Made by a program: the position numbers and the translations under genes
The notes under the pieces: model-generated
What the model was told of the DNA's origin: nothing
Database searches by the model: none
Seen by the model: only the letters and a program-made list of their open reading frames with translations
Shown: positions 49,726-59,243 of the stretch, piece after piece
Numbering within the stretch: the first letter of the stretch is position 1
Layout: every line of letters begins with the position of its first letter
From: Clostridiaceae bacterium
Lineage (GTDB): Bacteria > Bacillota > Clostridia > Saccharofermentanales > DTU023
Assembly: GCA_012521015.1 (NCBI GenBank)
Contig: JAAYNE010000036.1
Coordinates: forward strand, 4,247-68,246
Direction: 5' to 3'
DNA length: 64,000 bases

Positions 49726-51483
49726 ATGTTGCTTAAATATGCAAGAAAATATTTAAAATTGATTATCGGACAATTATTTTTTGCAACTGTTTGGGTAGCT
49801 TCACAGTTGGCGATACCACGTCTGATGGTAGATATTATCGACTATGGAATCTTACTTAAAGATTTGAATCAAATAATGAACCGCGGCTTGTTGATGTTGT
49901 TGGCAACCGGCGTGAACATTGCTTCTTTGTTAATCTCTTTATTTTTTTTAACAAAAATAACAGCCGGTATCTCAAAAGACTTAAGGGGAGATTTGTTTGA
50001 GAGAGTCATCGATTGGTCCAAGGAAACCAGAGGAAGTTTTTCCAACTCTACTTTAATTACCCGAACAGTGAATGATGTTAAACAAGTTTCAATTCTGATT
50101 GATATGTCTTTGCGTAAAATTTTTACTTTAACGATTACGGTGATCGGTGCGGTTATTATTTCGTTTTCGATAGATATTAAAATGGCCGTGATAATCTTGG
50201 TCATTATTCCGGTTATTTTCATTCTCGCTCTTAAGTTAACAACAAAAGCTCTACCCAAGTATAGTCGCATTCGTAAGGCGATTGACCAAATGAATCAACG
50301 TTTCAGAGAAAATGTAACGGGTATTCGCGTGGTCAAGGCTTTTAACAAATCTGATTATGAAAGAAATATGTTCCAAAAGGCAACAAAAGAGGCATGTGAG
50401 ACAAATGTTGAAGCAGAATCGACGATGATGTTATTAAGTCCTCTGATCTTACTTTTTACCAATATTCTGATTTTAATCATGTTGTATATCGGAGGCGTGA
50501 GAGCGGAACTGGGGACCGTTACAGTCGGTGCTTTAGTCGGTCTGATTGAATACGCCATCATGGCTCTCAATAATATTCAACAATTTGCTTCTATAATCAC
50601 AATTTTTCCACGCTCAAAAGTGTCAATCGATAGAATTCAAGAAGTTTTAGTAAAAGAAGAGGTATTGCTAATAAAAGAAACGAATTCTGATTTGATAGAA
50701 AAATCAACAGAAGACACCATCCGATTTGAAAATGTGGATTTCTGTTATCCGCCTTCGTGTATGGACCTATTAAAAAATATTACTTTTGAATTAAATAAGG
50801 GTGAAACCAAAGCGATGATCGGTTCAACCGGTAGTGGTAAATCAACGATTGTTCGTTTGATGATGCGAGATTATGATGTTCGTCATGGCGAAATTACTTG
50901 TAACGGTCACAATATAGAAAGTTTATCGAATGAAGAAATCAATCAAATCGTAACACATATTCCTCAAACAACTTTTTTATTTTCAGGTACTATTCGCGAG
51001 AATATTCAAACCGGTAAAAAAGATGCGACGGATGATGAAATTTGGGAAGTTTTAGACGTAGTACAAATGGGCGATTTCTTTCGTCAGGCTGAGCAAGGTT
51101 TGGATTTTCATATTGCTCAAAATGCGGTCAATCTTTCAGGCGGTCAAAAGCAAAGGATTTCGATTGCCCGTGGCTTGATCAGAGAATCGGATTTTTATAT
51201 TTTTGATGATTGTTTTTCCGCCTTAGATTATTCGACCGAGAAAAAAGTTCGGCAAGCAATTCGGCAAAAATTATCAGGCAAAGGTATTTTGGTGATAGCT
51301 CAACGTGTAGCAACCGTAAAAGAAGCGGATGAAATTCTGGTTCTCGATAATGGAAATATTGTAGGTAAGGGAAATCATCAAGAACTCGAAAATACCTGTA
51401 TTGTTTATCAGGAAATAATTACTTCACAAAAAAGTCTAAATGAAGAAAATAATAAAACTGATAAACTACTTAAATCTGTTTAA
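49726..51483 (+). CDS. ABC exporter half-transporter (TMD-NBD), degenerate-site partner
   Basis: Walker A is GSTGSGKST and the signature is LSGGQKQR. Walker B is FYIFDDCFSALD, with Asp where the catalytic Glu is expected. Confidence 0.88.
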   Translation: MLLKYARKYLKLIIGQLFFATVWVASQLAIPRLMVDIIDYGILLKDLNQIMNRGLLMLLATGVNIASLLISLFFLTKITAGISKDLRGDLFERVIDWSKETRGSFSNSTLITRTVNDVKQVSILIDMSLRKIFTLTITVIGAVIISFSIDIKMAVIILVIIPVIFILALKLTTKALPKYSRIRKAIDQMNQRFRENVTGIRVVKAFNKSDYERNMFQKATKEACETNVEAESTMMLLSPLILLFTNILILIMLYIGGVRAELGTVTVGALVGLIEYAIMALNNIQQFASIITIFPRSKVSIDRIQEVLVKEEVLLIKETNSDLIEKSTEDTIRFENVDFCYPPSCMDLLKNITFELNKGETKAMIGSTGSGKSTIVRLMMRDYDVRHGEITCNGHNIESLSNEEINQIVTHIPQTTFLFSGTIRENIQTGKKDATDDEIWEVLDVVQMGDFFRQAEQGLDFHIAQNAVNLSGGQKQRISIARGLIRESDFYIFDDCFSALDYSTEKKVRQAIRQKLSGKGILVIAQRVATVKEADEILVLDNGNIVGKGNHQELENTCIVYQEIITSQKSLNEENNKTDKLLKSV

Positions 51484-51517
51484 TTTTTATAGAGAATTCT
51501 TAGGAGAAAGTAAAATA

Positions 51518-53395
51518 ATGCAAGAAGCGAACCGGATAAAAGAAAAAAGAGATGATGGTTTACCCGGCATTTCAAAAGGGTCTGGCGGTGCGGGTCGTGT
51601 TGCCGGATTGTTGGTATCAGGCAGTGCAAAAGATAGTAGGGGAACTCTCTCAAGATTGCTCAATAATATCAGTCCTTTTAAATGGTTTTTTATTACTGCG
51701 ATCATTTTGACTTTAATGGCTTCAGGTGCACAAATTTTTATTCCCCGGATGATTGGCAACATTATCAATATAATTACTTCTACTTTGCAGCAAGAGATTA
51801 CACTTGATTGGTCTGATTTCCGAAATTTCGCGATAATTCTGATTCTCTTATTTATTATTCAGTTTTTAGCAAACTATTTTTCCAATGTTTTATTGGTAAA
51901 AATGACACAAAAGTTGATTCGCTCTCTTCGCAATCAAATGCAAGAAAAATTAAATCGTCTGACCTTGAGATATTTTGATCGCTCCTCAACAGGTGATATG
52001 GTATCGCTGTTAACCAATGATTTGGATAATGTTGCAAATACCCTGCAAACCGGCTTGACCAGTTCATTAACCGCAATTGTCGTTTTGATCGGTGTTGTCA
52101 TTATGATGTTTAACATCCATGCTATCATGGCCCTACTTGCGATGGTCGTAATTCCGATTTCCTATCTGCTGGTCAAATTTTTAGTCAAAAAAGCAAAACC
52201 GACATTTCAAAGAAATGCAAAATTCACCGGTCAGTTTAGCGGACAAGTCGAAGAAATTTATAATGGTGAAGATATTGTTAAGCATTATAATATGGGCGAT
52301 GAATTAAAAGCGGAAATGTCTGATTTAAATGAAAGATTATATGAAAGTGAATGGAAATCGTCCTTGGTTTCTTTTCTCACCAGACCTGCAGGTGATTTAA
52401 TTTTAAATGCTAATTATGTATTGGTTGCAATTTTAGGTGGATACTATGTAATCAACGGTGCTTTATCTTTGGGTGCATTCCAGGCTTTTATTCAATATAC
52501 GCAAATGTTGCGTAATCCTTTCAATCAAGTTTTGGGAATCCTCAATACAATCATGTCTGCTTTGGCTTCGGCAGAACGCATTTATTCATTCTTGGATGCG
52601 GAAGAAACGATTCAAGCCGGTACAGAAGAAATCGATATAAGTAAAACGATTGGCAAGATTGAATTTAATCAAGTTGACTTCGGTTATACAGATGAATTGT
52701 TATTTAAAAATGTCAATTTAAAAGTCAATCCGGGTGAACAATTAGCTATTGTCGGAACAACCGGTGCAGGTAAAACAACACTCGTTAACCTATTGATGCG
52801 TTTTTATGAAATTAATGACGGGCAAATCATTTTGGATGACCATGATACAAAACAATATCATACGGATGAATCGAGAAAAGCATATGCCATGGTTTTACAG
52901 GATACTTGGCTTTTTTCCGGAACAATTCGTGACAATATCGCTTACGGTGCAAATATTTCAAACGGAGAGAACTTATCTGATGTACCTTTAGAAGATGTTG
53001 AAGTAGCAGCCAAATTAGCACGTGCCGATTCTTTTATCGAACGACTACCGGAAGGATATGACACGCTGTTAAGAGAGGGAGCCTCCAATATCAGTCATGG
53101 CGAACGTCAATTATTGACAATTGCTCGTGCGATGATTAAGAAAGCTCCGATAATTATTTTAGATGAAGCAACATCTTCCGTTGACACACGGACAGAACTG
53201 TTTATTCAACAAGCCATGCAAGAATTAACTTCAAATACCACCAGTTTTGTCATAGCTCATAGACTTTCTACAATTCATGATGCAGATCGCATCATAGTCA
53301 TGGATCAGGGTGCAATTGTTGAAATAGGAACGCATGCTGAATTAATTAAAAAAGGCGGCCGCTATGCCGAAATGTACGCTGCCGGCCAGTTATAA
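51518..53395 (+). CDS. ABC exporter half-transporter (TMD-NBD), consensus-site partner
   Basis: I prefer the ATG at 51518 (AGGAGAAAG upstream). Walker A is GTTGAGKTT and Walker B is IIILDEATSSVD. The signature is divergent (ISHGERQ). Confidence 0.88.
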   Translation: MQEANRIKEKRDDGLPGISKGSGGAGRVAGLLVSGSAKDSRGTLSRLLNNISPFKWFFITAIILTLMASGAQIFIPRMIGNIINIITSTLQQEITLDWSDFRNFAIILILLFIIQFLANYFSNVLLVKMTQKLIRSLRNQMQEKLNRLTLRYFDRSSTGDMVSLLTNDLDNVANTLQTGLTSSLTAIVVLIGVVIMMFNIHAIMALLAMVVIPISYLLVKFLVKKAKPTFQRNAKFTGQFSGQVEEIYNGEDIVKHYNMGDELKAEMSDLNERLYESEWKSSLVSFLTRPAGDLILNANYVLVAILGGYYVINGALSLGAFQAFIQYTQMLRNPFNQVLGILNTIMSALASAERIYSFLDAEETIQAGTEEIDISKTIGKIEFNQVDFGYTDELLFKNVNLKVNPGEQLAIVGTTGAGKTTLVNLLMRFYEINDGQIILDDHDTKQYHTDESRKAYAMVLQDTWLFSGTIRDNIAYGANISNGENLSDVPLEDVEVAAKLARADSFIERLPEGYDTLLREGASNISHGERQLLTIARAMIKKAPIIILDEATSSVDTRTELFIQQAMQELTSNTTSFVIAHRLSTIHDADRIIVMDQGAIVEIGTHAELIKKGGRYAEMYAAGQL

Positions 53396-53675
53396 AATGA
53401 CATGTATTTCGTATTCTAAATTTGTGGTGTCTGTCAACCTTTTTAATGGGCATTACTTATGTGATGATTGCTATTTGTTTCGCGAGCAAAAGATTTGATG
53501 TACGTTGTTGTATTGTGTTTGTACAACAAATCTATTATGATAAAATTTATAAAACAGACAGAAAATATGATGTTTATTAATTTCTAAATGATTCTGTGAT
53601 AAAACTCAAAAACTATTAGAGTAACTTTAATGCTTAAGCATTGTAGAACATTTTCTGATGAGAGGAGAAATAGTA

Positions 53676-54182
53676 ATGTTTGGGAAAATGAAAAAAATGT
53701 TCAGTAAATCTGGTAATAATGAAGAGTTAATTGCGCCCATAGTTGGCAAACTTGTCAAAATGCAAGAAGTTCCCGATCCGACATTTGCTGAAGAAATGTT
53801 AGGACCCGGCTTTGCGATTGTTCCGGCTGAAGGCAAATTGTATGCTCCAGTTGAAGGAGAAGTTACACTTGTATTCGATACATTGCATGCTGTCGCGATT
53901 ACGACTGCCGCTGGTGCTGAGTTTATTTTCCATATTGGCTTGGATACTGTAAAAGAAGAAGGCGCCGGATTTGAAGCTCATGTTGCAGTAGGAGATAAAG
54001 TAAAGGCCGGTGATCTGATGGTTTCATTCGATTTAGCAGCTTTGACTGAAAAAGGCTACAATATGATTACTCCAATTATTTTAACTAATAAACATGCATT
54101 CTCCGCTGTAGCCATAAACGAAGATAAATTAAATCAAAACGTTGGACTTGACGATGTAGTTTATACCTTGACTAAAGCTTAA
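53676..54182 (+). CDS. PTS glucose-family EIIA component
   Basis: I prefer the ATG at 53676 (GAGGAG upstream). Two conserved His contexts are present (DTLHAV and IFHIGLDTV). Confidence 0.88.
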   Translation: MFGKMKKMFSKSGNNEELIAPIVGKLVKMQEVPDPTFAEEMLGPGFAIVPAEGKLYAPVEGEVTLVFDTLHAVAITTAAGAEFIFHIGLDTVKEEGAGFEAHVAVGDKVKAGDLMVSFDLAALTEKGYNMITPIILTNKHAFSAVAINEDKLNQNVGLDDVVYTLTKA

Positions 54183-54286
54183 AGTAGTTGAGAAAAATCA
54201 TTAAATATTATAGACGATCTAGTAATACTCTTGACCAAAGCTTGAAGGCTTTGGTCAAATTTTTTATAAAAAGTTAAAGGTTCTGT

Positions 54287-55222
54287 ATGCAAAACGATTC
54301 ACCTTCTTACCGTATCCTTGCAAAATATTACGATGAATTTCAAAGCGATTCTGATATAAAAATCATTCAAGATGAAATATTGAGTAATATAGCTCAATAT
54401 CAGATTCTTAAGAAAAAGAATCTACAATTTAAAAATAGTCAACAACCCAAAAATAACCAACAGTGTCAAAACAATAAGCAGCTCAAGATTGCAGACTTGG
54501 GATGTGGCACAGGGATTTTTGCTTTGTCATTGGCACAACAAGGTCATATAGTTACAGCAATTGATTTGTCAGCGCCAATGTTAAAAGTTCTCAAAACAAA
54601 AAAAGCTCAATTATCTTTCCCGTTTCAGAATAATCTCCGAATACTTCAAGCCGATATAAGTGAATATATATTTTCTGATAAACAAGATATTTTACTTGCA
54701 ATGACAGATACCTTAAATCATCTAGATGCACAACAATTTGTCAGTTTTTTCTCTTTAGCGGATCAAAATTTAAAAACCAACGGTATATTGATTTTCGATT
54801 TGTTAAAACTTGAATATTTGCTCGAAGAGCGAGGCAATAGAACTTATTTTGTAGAATTTGATTTGGCCCAAAAAGGTTCTAGAAATCCTGAAAATGCTTT
54901 TAATGTTATCGATACCGAGGAGCTTACTAATTTTAATGATTCTATCGATTCAAATGAGTTTTTCAGCAAACTAAGTCCGGCGGTTTCGATGGTTTGGGAA
55001 AATGAATGGTTAGAAGATGAGCAGATTGCCATCTCAAATCTTACTTTTTTTGAGAGAATTGTAAACAGTGATCGATATTTGCGTTTTACAGATCAAGTCA
55101 TTGAGTATTATCATGACCTTAAAAATATTGAACAAATTTTTTGTGATGATTTTTCTTGTGTAAAAACTCTGGATTTTCCTGAAAGAAAGCTCTTTATATT
55201 ACAAAAAATCTCAGATATCTAG
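54287..55222 (+). CDS. Class I SAM-dependent methyltransferase
   Basis: Motif I is IADLGCGTGIFAL, followed by an acidic residue after beta-2 (AIDLS). Confidence 0.78.
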   Translation: MQNDSPSYRILAKYYDEFQSDSDIKIIQDEILSNIAQYQILKKKNLQFKNSQQPKNNQQCQNNKQLKIADLGCGTGIFALSLAQQGHIVTAIDLSAPMLKVLKTKKAQLSFPFQNNLRILQADISEYIFSDKQDILLAMTDTLNHLDAQQFVSFFSLADQNLKTNGILIFDLLKLEYLLEERGNRTYFVEFDLAQKGSRNPENAFNVIDTEELTNFNDSIDSNEFFSKLSPAVSMVWENEWLEDEQIAISNLTFFERIVNSDRYLRFTDQVIEYYHDLKNIEQIFCDDFSCVKTLDFPERKLFILQKISDI

Positions 55223-55403
55223 TTGCAAAAATTTATAACAACACTCCATAATTACTATCTATTGACAACTGTAGAAAATGCTTCTAATGAATTACTCTTA
55301 AATGGATTATTTCAATAAATTCTTTTTTAATGTTTTTAACAATTATTTAGTTTTTAATGATTTTAATAAATTCTTTTAATAAACGATTTTTACATGAAAA
55401 AGC

Positions 55404-56669
55404 TTACCCGCAATATTCGCATACGATAGCTGCCATAGATTTTGCTGAAATAATCATACTACGCTCATCGATTTGAAATCTTGGGCTGTGATGAGGATGC
55501 CAAATACCATCTTCCGGCATTGCTCCTACATAGAAATAGCAACCAGGTCTTTTTTGTAAATAAAGAGCAAAATCTTCTGAAGCAGACCAAGGGTTACCGG
55601 TTTCGACTTTTGTAATTTCGGGGATTAGAATTTCATCTTGATTTATTTGGTTGGAATTTAAGCCGGAAGTCCTTTCGCATATTTCCTTTACCTGACGAGT
55701 ACTCTCGGGATCGTTCTTGAGAACCGGATAATTATTTGAATAATCGAGTTGTATTTTAACATTGAATGTTACTTCCAAACCGGCTACTAATTGGCGAAAT
55801 TCCTTTTCTATCAAACGTTGAGTTTCTTCATTCATTGTTCGCACATCACCTTCCAAAATAACAGAATCTTTAATTATATTAAATTGACCGGCACCGTCAA
55901 ACGAACCAACGGTAATTACTGTCATTTCAAAAGGGTTAACTCTACGACTGACAATTGTTTGCAAGTTTGTTACAAAACTGGAACCGGCAACGATAGGATC
56001 ATTTGAAAGATGGGGTGATGCTGCATGGCCGCCTTTACCTTGAATAATAAGTTTGAATATTGATTGACCGGCTTGTGTATTGCCCGGATGGCATATAATA
56101 TGTCCGGTTTCAATATCGGCTCGCAAATGAATTCCAAAAACAAGATCAACACCTTCTAAACAACCTGCATTGATCATGGCAAGTGCACCGCCCGGTGGAG
56201 TTTCTTCAGCCGGTTGATGCAGAATACGAATTTCACCGCTTAATAAATCTTTAATTTCTGCTAGCGATTCTGCGAGGATCAACATATATGCAGTATGAGC
56301 ATCGTGGCCACAAGCATGCATGATACCGGGGTTTTGGGATGAATATGCCAAACCGGTTTTCTCTGTTACCGGCAATGCATCAAAATCCGCCCGCAAAAGA
56401 ATCGTTTTGCCTTTATTGCGATTATTGTGGCTTGAATGTTGCTGTCCGGAAGCTTTAATCCCTTTAATCGTAGCAATAATTCCACGCTGTCCACCAAAAT
56501 TTGTTTCAAGTTTATCTACCGGAACATCTTTGTAAAAATCCTCAATGAATTTTGCTGTATTTTCTTCTTCAAAAGAGAGTTCAGGATGCTGATGTAAATG
56601 ACGTCTAATTTGTACCATGCGTTCTTTTTTCTGATCAATTTTTTCAAGCAAAAGTTTTAATACATTCAT
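55404..56669 (-). CDS. M20-family amidohydrolase (paralog of 20938-22137)
   Basis: Motifs seen: HACGHDAH and GKGGHAASPH. It has the same domain order as the paralog. Confidence 0.88.
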   Translation of the reverse strand: MNVLKLLLEKIDQKKERMVQIRRHLHQHPELSFEEENTAKFIEDFYKDVPVDKLETNFGGQRGIIATIKGIKASGQQHSSHNNRNKGKTILLRADFDALPVTEKTGLAYSSQNPGIMHACGHDAHTAYMLILAESLAEIKDLLSGEIRILHQPAEETPPGGALAMINAGCLEGVDLVFGIHLRADIETGHIICHPGNTQAGQSIFKLIIQGKGGHAASPHLSNDPIVAGSSFVTNLQTIVSRRVNPFEMTVITVGSFDGAGQFNIIKDSVILEGDVRTMNEETQRLIEKEFRQLVAGLEVTFNVKIQLDYSNNYPVLKNDPESTRQVKEICERTSGLNSNQINQDEILIPEITKVETGNPWSASEDFALYLQKRPGCYFYVGAMPEDGIWHPHHSPRFQIDERSMIISAKSMAAIVCEYCG

Positions 56670-57201
56670 GACTATTATTCTCCATATATTGATTTATGCA
56701 CGAAATTGAGACATTTATACTATAATCATAATACCAAAACAAAACAAACAGAGGTAAGAGATGTAAATCAAGATATGTGTTGATTAGATGCTTAAACCGA
56801 ATTTTAATTTCAATTTAACCGGAAATTGAGCTGATAAAGAAATTATGAATATAGATATTTTAGTAAAATTGAACTTCGGACTAAAAGATTATTGCTTCGT
56901 GTTCGGCGTGAATCGGATTATGTGTTACAAGTGTCAGAAATTCCTTTAGCTACAATCTTTTGATGATTTTTTGTATGCGTTGTCGAAGTGTAACAAATCA
57001 TACACCATCAACAATTTGCCAAATGCTAAACTAAATCAAAAGTGAGTTGTTAAACAAATAAAAATTCAATTTGGGTTTTTAATTAATGTTTGTAATTCAA
57101 AGTAAGAAAAAATCTTTGGTTTAAACATTAAATAATTTGAATAATTCCGGAATATCAATAATTTTAGAATTTTTATCGTAAGTAAAGTGATGGAGGATAT
57201 C

Positions 57202-58548
57202 ATGGCGAAAAAAGTTGTTCTTGTGGGTGCTAATCATGCCGGTACAGCGGCGGCAAAACAAATCTTAGGTGCAAAGAAAGATATCGAATTGACAATATTT
57301 GACAGTAATTCAAATATTAGTTTTCTCGGTTGCGGTATGGCAATTTGGATAGGCGGACAAATCAGTACCGGCGACGGTCTTTTCTATTCCAATAAGGAGG
57401 AACTGGAATCATTAGGTGCAATAGTAAATATGGAAACCGAAGTGACACAGATTGATTATGACACTAAAATTGTTCATTATCGCGATGTTTCAGGCAAAAC
57501 AGGTGAAGTTCCATATGATGACTTGATTCTGGCTACCGGCTCTTCTCCGATCAAACCGAATATTCCCGGAATTGATCTCAAGTATATTCAAAAAGCCAAG
57601 CTTTATCAGGATGCAGCATTAGCCGTTGAGCAAATTAAAAATGATCCGAGTATTAAAAAAGTAGGAGTTGTCGGTGCAGGCTATATCGGTGCCGAACTTG
57701 CTGAAGCATATCGTCGTGTAGGCAAAGAAGTTGTTTTAATTGATGTTGTGGATCGTATCTTGAGTACCCATTTTGATCGAGAATTTACCGATGTAATGGA
57801 AGAACGCCTTAAAGAAAACGGTATTAAGTTGGCTTTAGGTGAAAAAGTCACTGCTTTTGAGGGTTCAGAGCGTGTCGAGAGGATTGTCACTGATAAAAAT
57901 AGTTATGATGTTGATTTGGTAATGCTTTGTATCGGTTTTCGTCCTAATAGTCAGCTTGGCGGTGACAGACTTAAGTTATTCAAAAATGGAGCTTTTTTAG
58001 TAAATAAAAAACAAGAAACATCAGAAAAAGGAGTTTATGCTATCGGTGACTGTGCTACCGTCTATGACAATTCAATTCAAGATACGAATTATATTGCTCT
58101 GGCAACCAATGCTGTACGCTCAGGAATTGTTGCCGGCTTCAATGTAGCAGGTGTCGATATTGAATCGATCGGTGTACAAGGCTCTTCGGCTCTGAGTCTT
58201 TACGGATTGAAAATGATTTCGACTGGTTTAACTCTTGAGAGAGCAGAATCAAACGGTATCAAAGCCAAAACAACAAATTATGAAGATTGGCAGAAACCTG
58301 AATTTATGAATGAAGCAGGTCCGAATAACAAAGTCAAAATCAGAATAATTTATCGTGAAGACAATCATGAAATAATCGGAGCCCAGCTGATTTCTGATTA
58401 TGACATGTCCGGTATTATCAATATGTTCTCTTTAGCGATCCAAGAACGTGTTACAATCGAACGCGTCGGATTGTTAGATATATTTTTTATGCCGCATTTC
58501 AACAAACCATATAATTATATTACTATGGCAGCTCTTTCAGCAGAATAG
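57202..58548 (+). CDS. nox: FAD-dependent NADH oxidase / CoA-disulfide-reductase-family oxidoreductase
   Basis: I prefer the ATG at 57202 (GGAGG upstream). Motifs seen: VLVGANHAGTAAA, the redox Cys context SFLGCGMA, and a second Rossmann motif VVGAGYIGAE. Confidence 0.85.
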   Translation: MAKKVVLVGANHAGTAAAKQILGAKKDIELTIFDSNSNISFLGCGMAIWIGGQISTGDGLFYSNKEELESLGAIVNMETEVTQIDYDTKIVHYRDVSGKTGEVPYDDLILATGSSPIKPNIPGIDLKYIQKAKLYQDAALAVEQIKNDPSIKKVGVVGAGYIGAELAEAYRRVGKEVVLIDVVDRILSTHFDREFTDVMEERLKENGIKLALGEKVTAFEGSERVERIVTDKNSYDVDLVMLCIGFRPNSQLGGDRLKLFKNGAFLVNKKQETSEKGVYAIGDCATVYDNSIQDTNYIALATNAVRSGIVAGFNVAGVDIESIGVQGSSALSLYGLKMISTGLTLERAESNGIKAKTTNYEDWQKPEFMNEAGPNNKVKIRIIYREDNHEIIGAQLISDYDMSGIINMFSLAIQERVTIERVGLLDIFFMPHFNKPYNYITMAALSAE

Positions 58549-58580
58549 GAAATGTCCGGCTATCCAATAAATCCAATAAA

Positions 58581-59129
58581 AACCGGCTTTCCCGGGTTGG
58601 ACTTGCACACTTTTTAAACTTATGCAGGCATTTAGCGGTACAAGCTTAAATAGTGTGCAAGTTCTTTAAGAAAACCGGCTTTCCCGGGTTGAACTTGCAC
58701 ACTTTTCAAGCTTATGCAGGCATTTAGTGGTACAAACTTAAATAGTGTGCAAGTTCTTTAAGAAAACCGGCTTTCCCGAGTTGGACTTGCACACTTTTCG
58801 AGCTTATGCAGGCATTTAGCGGTACAAGCTTAAATAGTGTGCAAGTTCTTTAAGAAAACCGACTTTCCCGGGTTGGACTTGCACACTTTTTAAACTTATG
58901 CAGGTATTTAGCGGTACAAGCTTAAATAGTGTGCAAGTTCTTTAAGAAAACCGGCTTTCCCGGGTTGGACTTGCACACTTTTCAAGCTTATGCAGGCATT
59001 TAGCGGTACAAACTTAAATAGTGTGCAAGTTCTTTAAGAAAACCGGCTTTCCTGCGTTGAATTTGCACACTTTTCAAGCTTATGCAGGCATTTAGTGGTA
59101 CAAGCTTAAATAGTGTGCAAGTTCTTTAG
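58581..59129. repeat. Tandem 92-bp repeat array, 6 copies (hairpin-repeat family)
   Basis: Units start at 58581, 58673, 58765, 58857, 58949 and 59041. Each unit is AACCGGCTTTCCCGGGTT + GGACTTGCACACTTTT(T/C)(A/G)A(A/G)CTTATGCAGG(C/T)ATTTAG(C/T)GGTACAA(G/A)CTTAAATAGTGTGCAAGTTCTTTAAGAA. Confidence 0.95.
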
Positions 59130-59243
59130 CAAAATGGGTTTTCTGTTTTGAAATTTACTGGGCACGAAATTTTGAGACAAATTATAATTCCGATTGAAAA
59201 TTCTAACTAATTATTTTAATAATTTGCGATGAAAATCAAAGAA

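Noticed and set aside
49869-50570. Minus-strand ORFs 49869-50270 and 50355-50570
   Set aside because: They are antisense to the ABC exporter gene. Their hydrophobic, I/K-rich composition is typical of AT-rich antisense frames.
58581-59129. CRISPR array interpretation of the 91-92-bp tandem repeats (also at 13977-14222 and 19383-19636)
   Set aside because: The sequence between the palindromic cores is the same in every unit of an array, so there are no unique spacers. The repeat period is about 92 bp rather than 60-75 bp. No leader or cas genes are present in the window.
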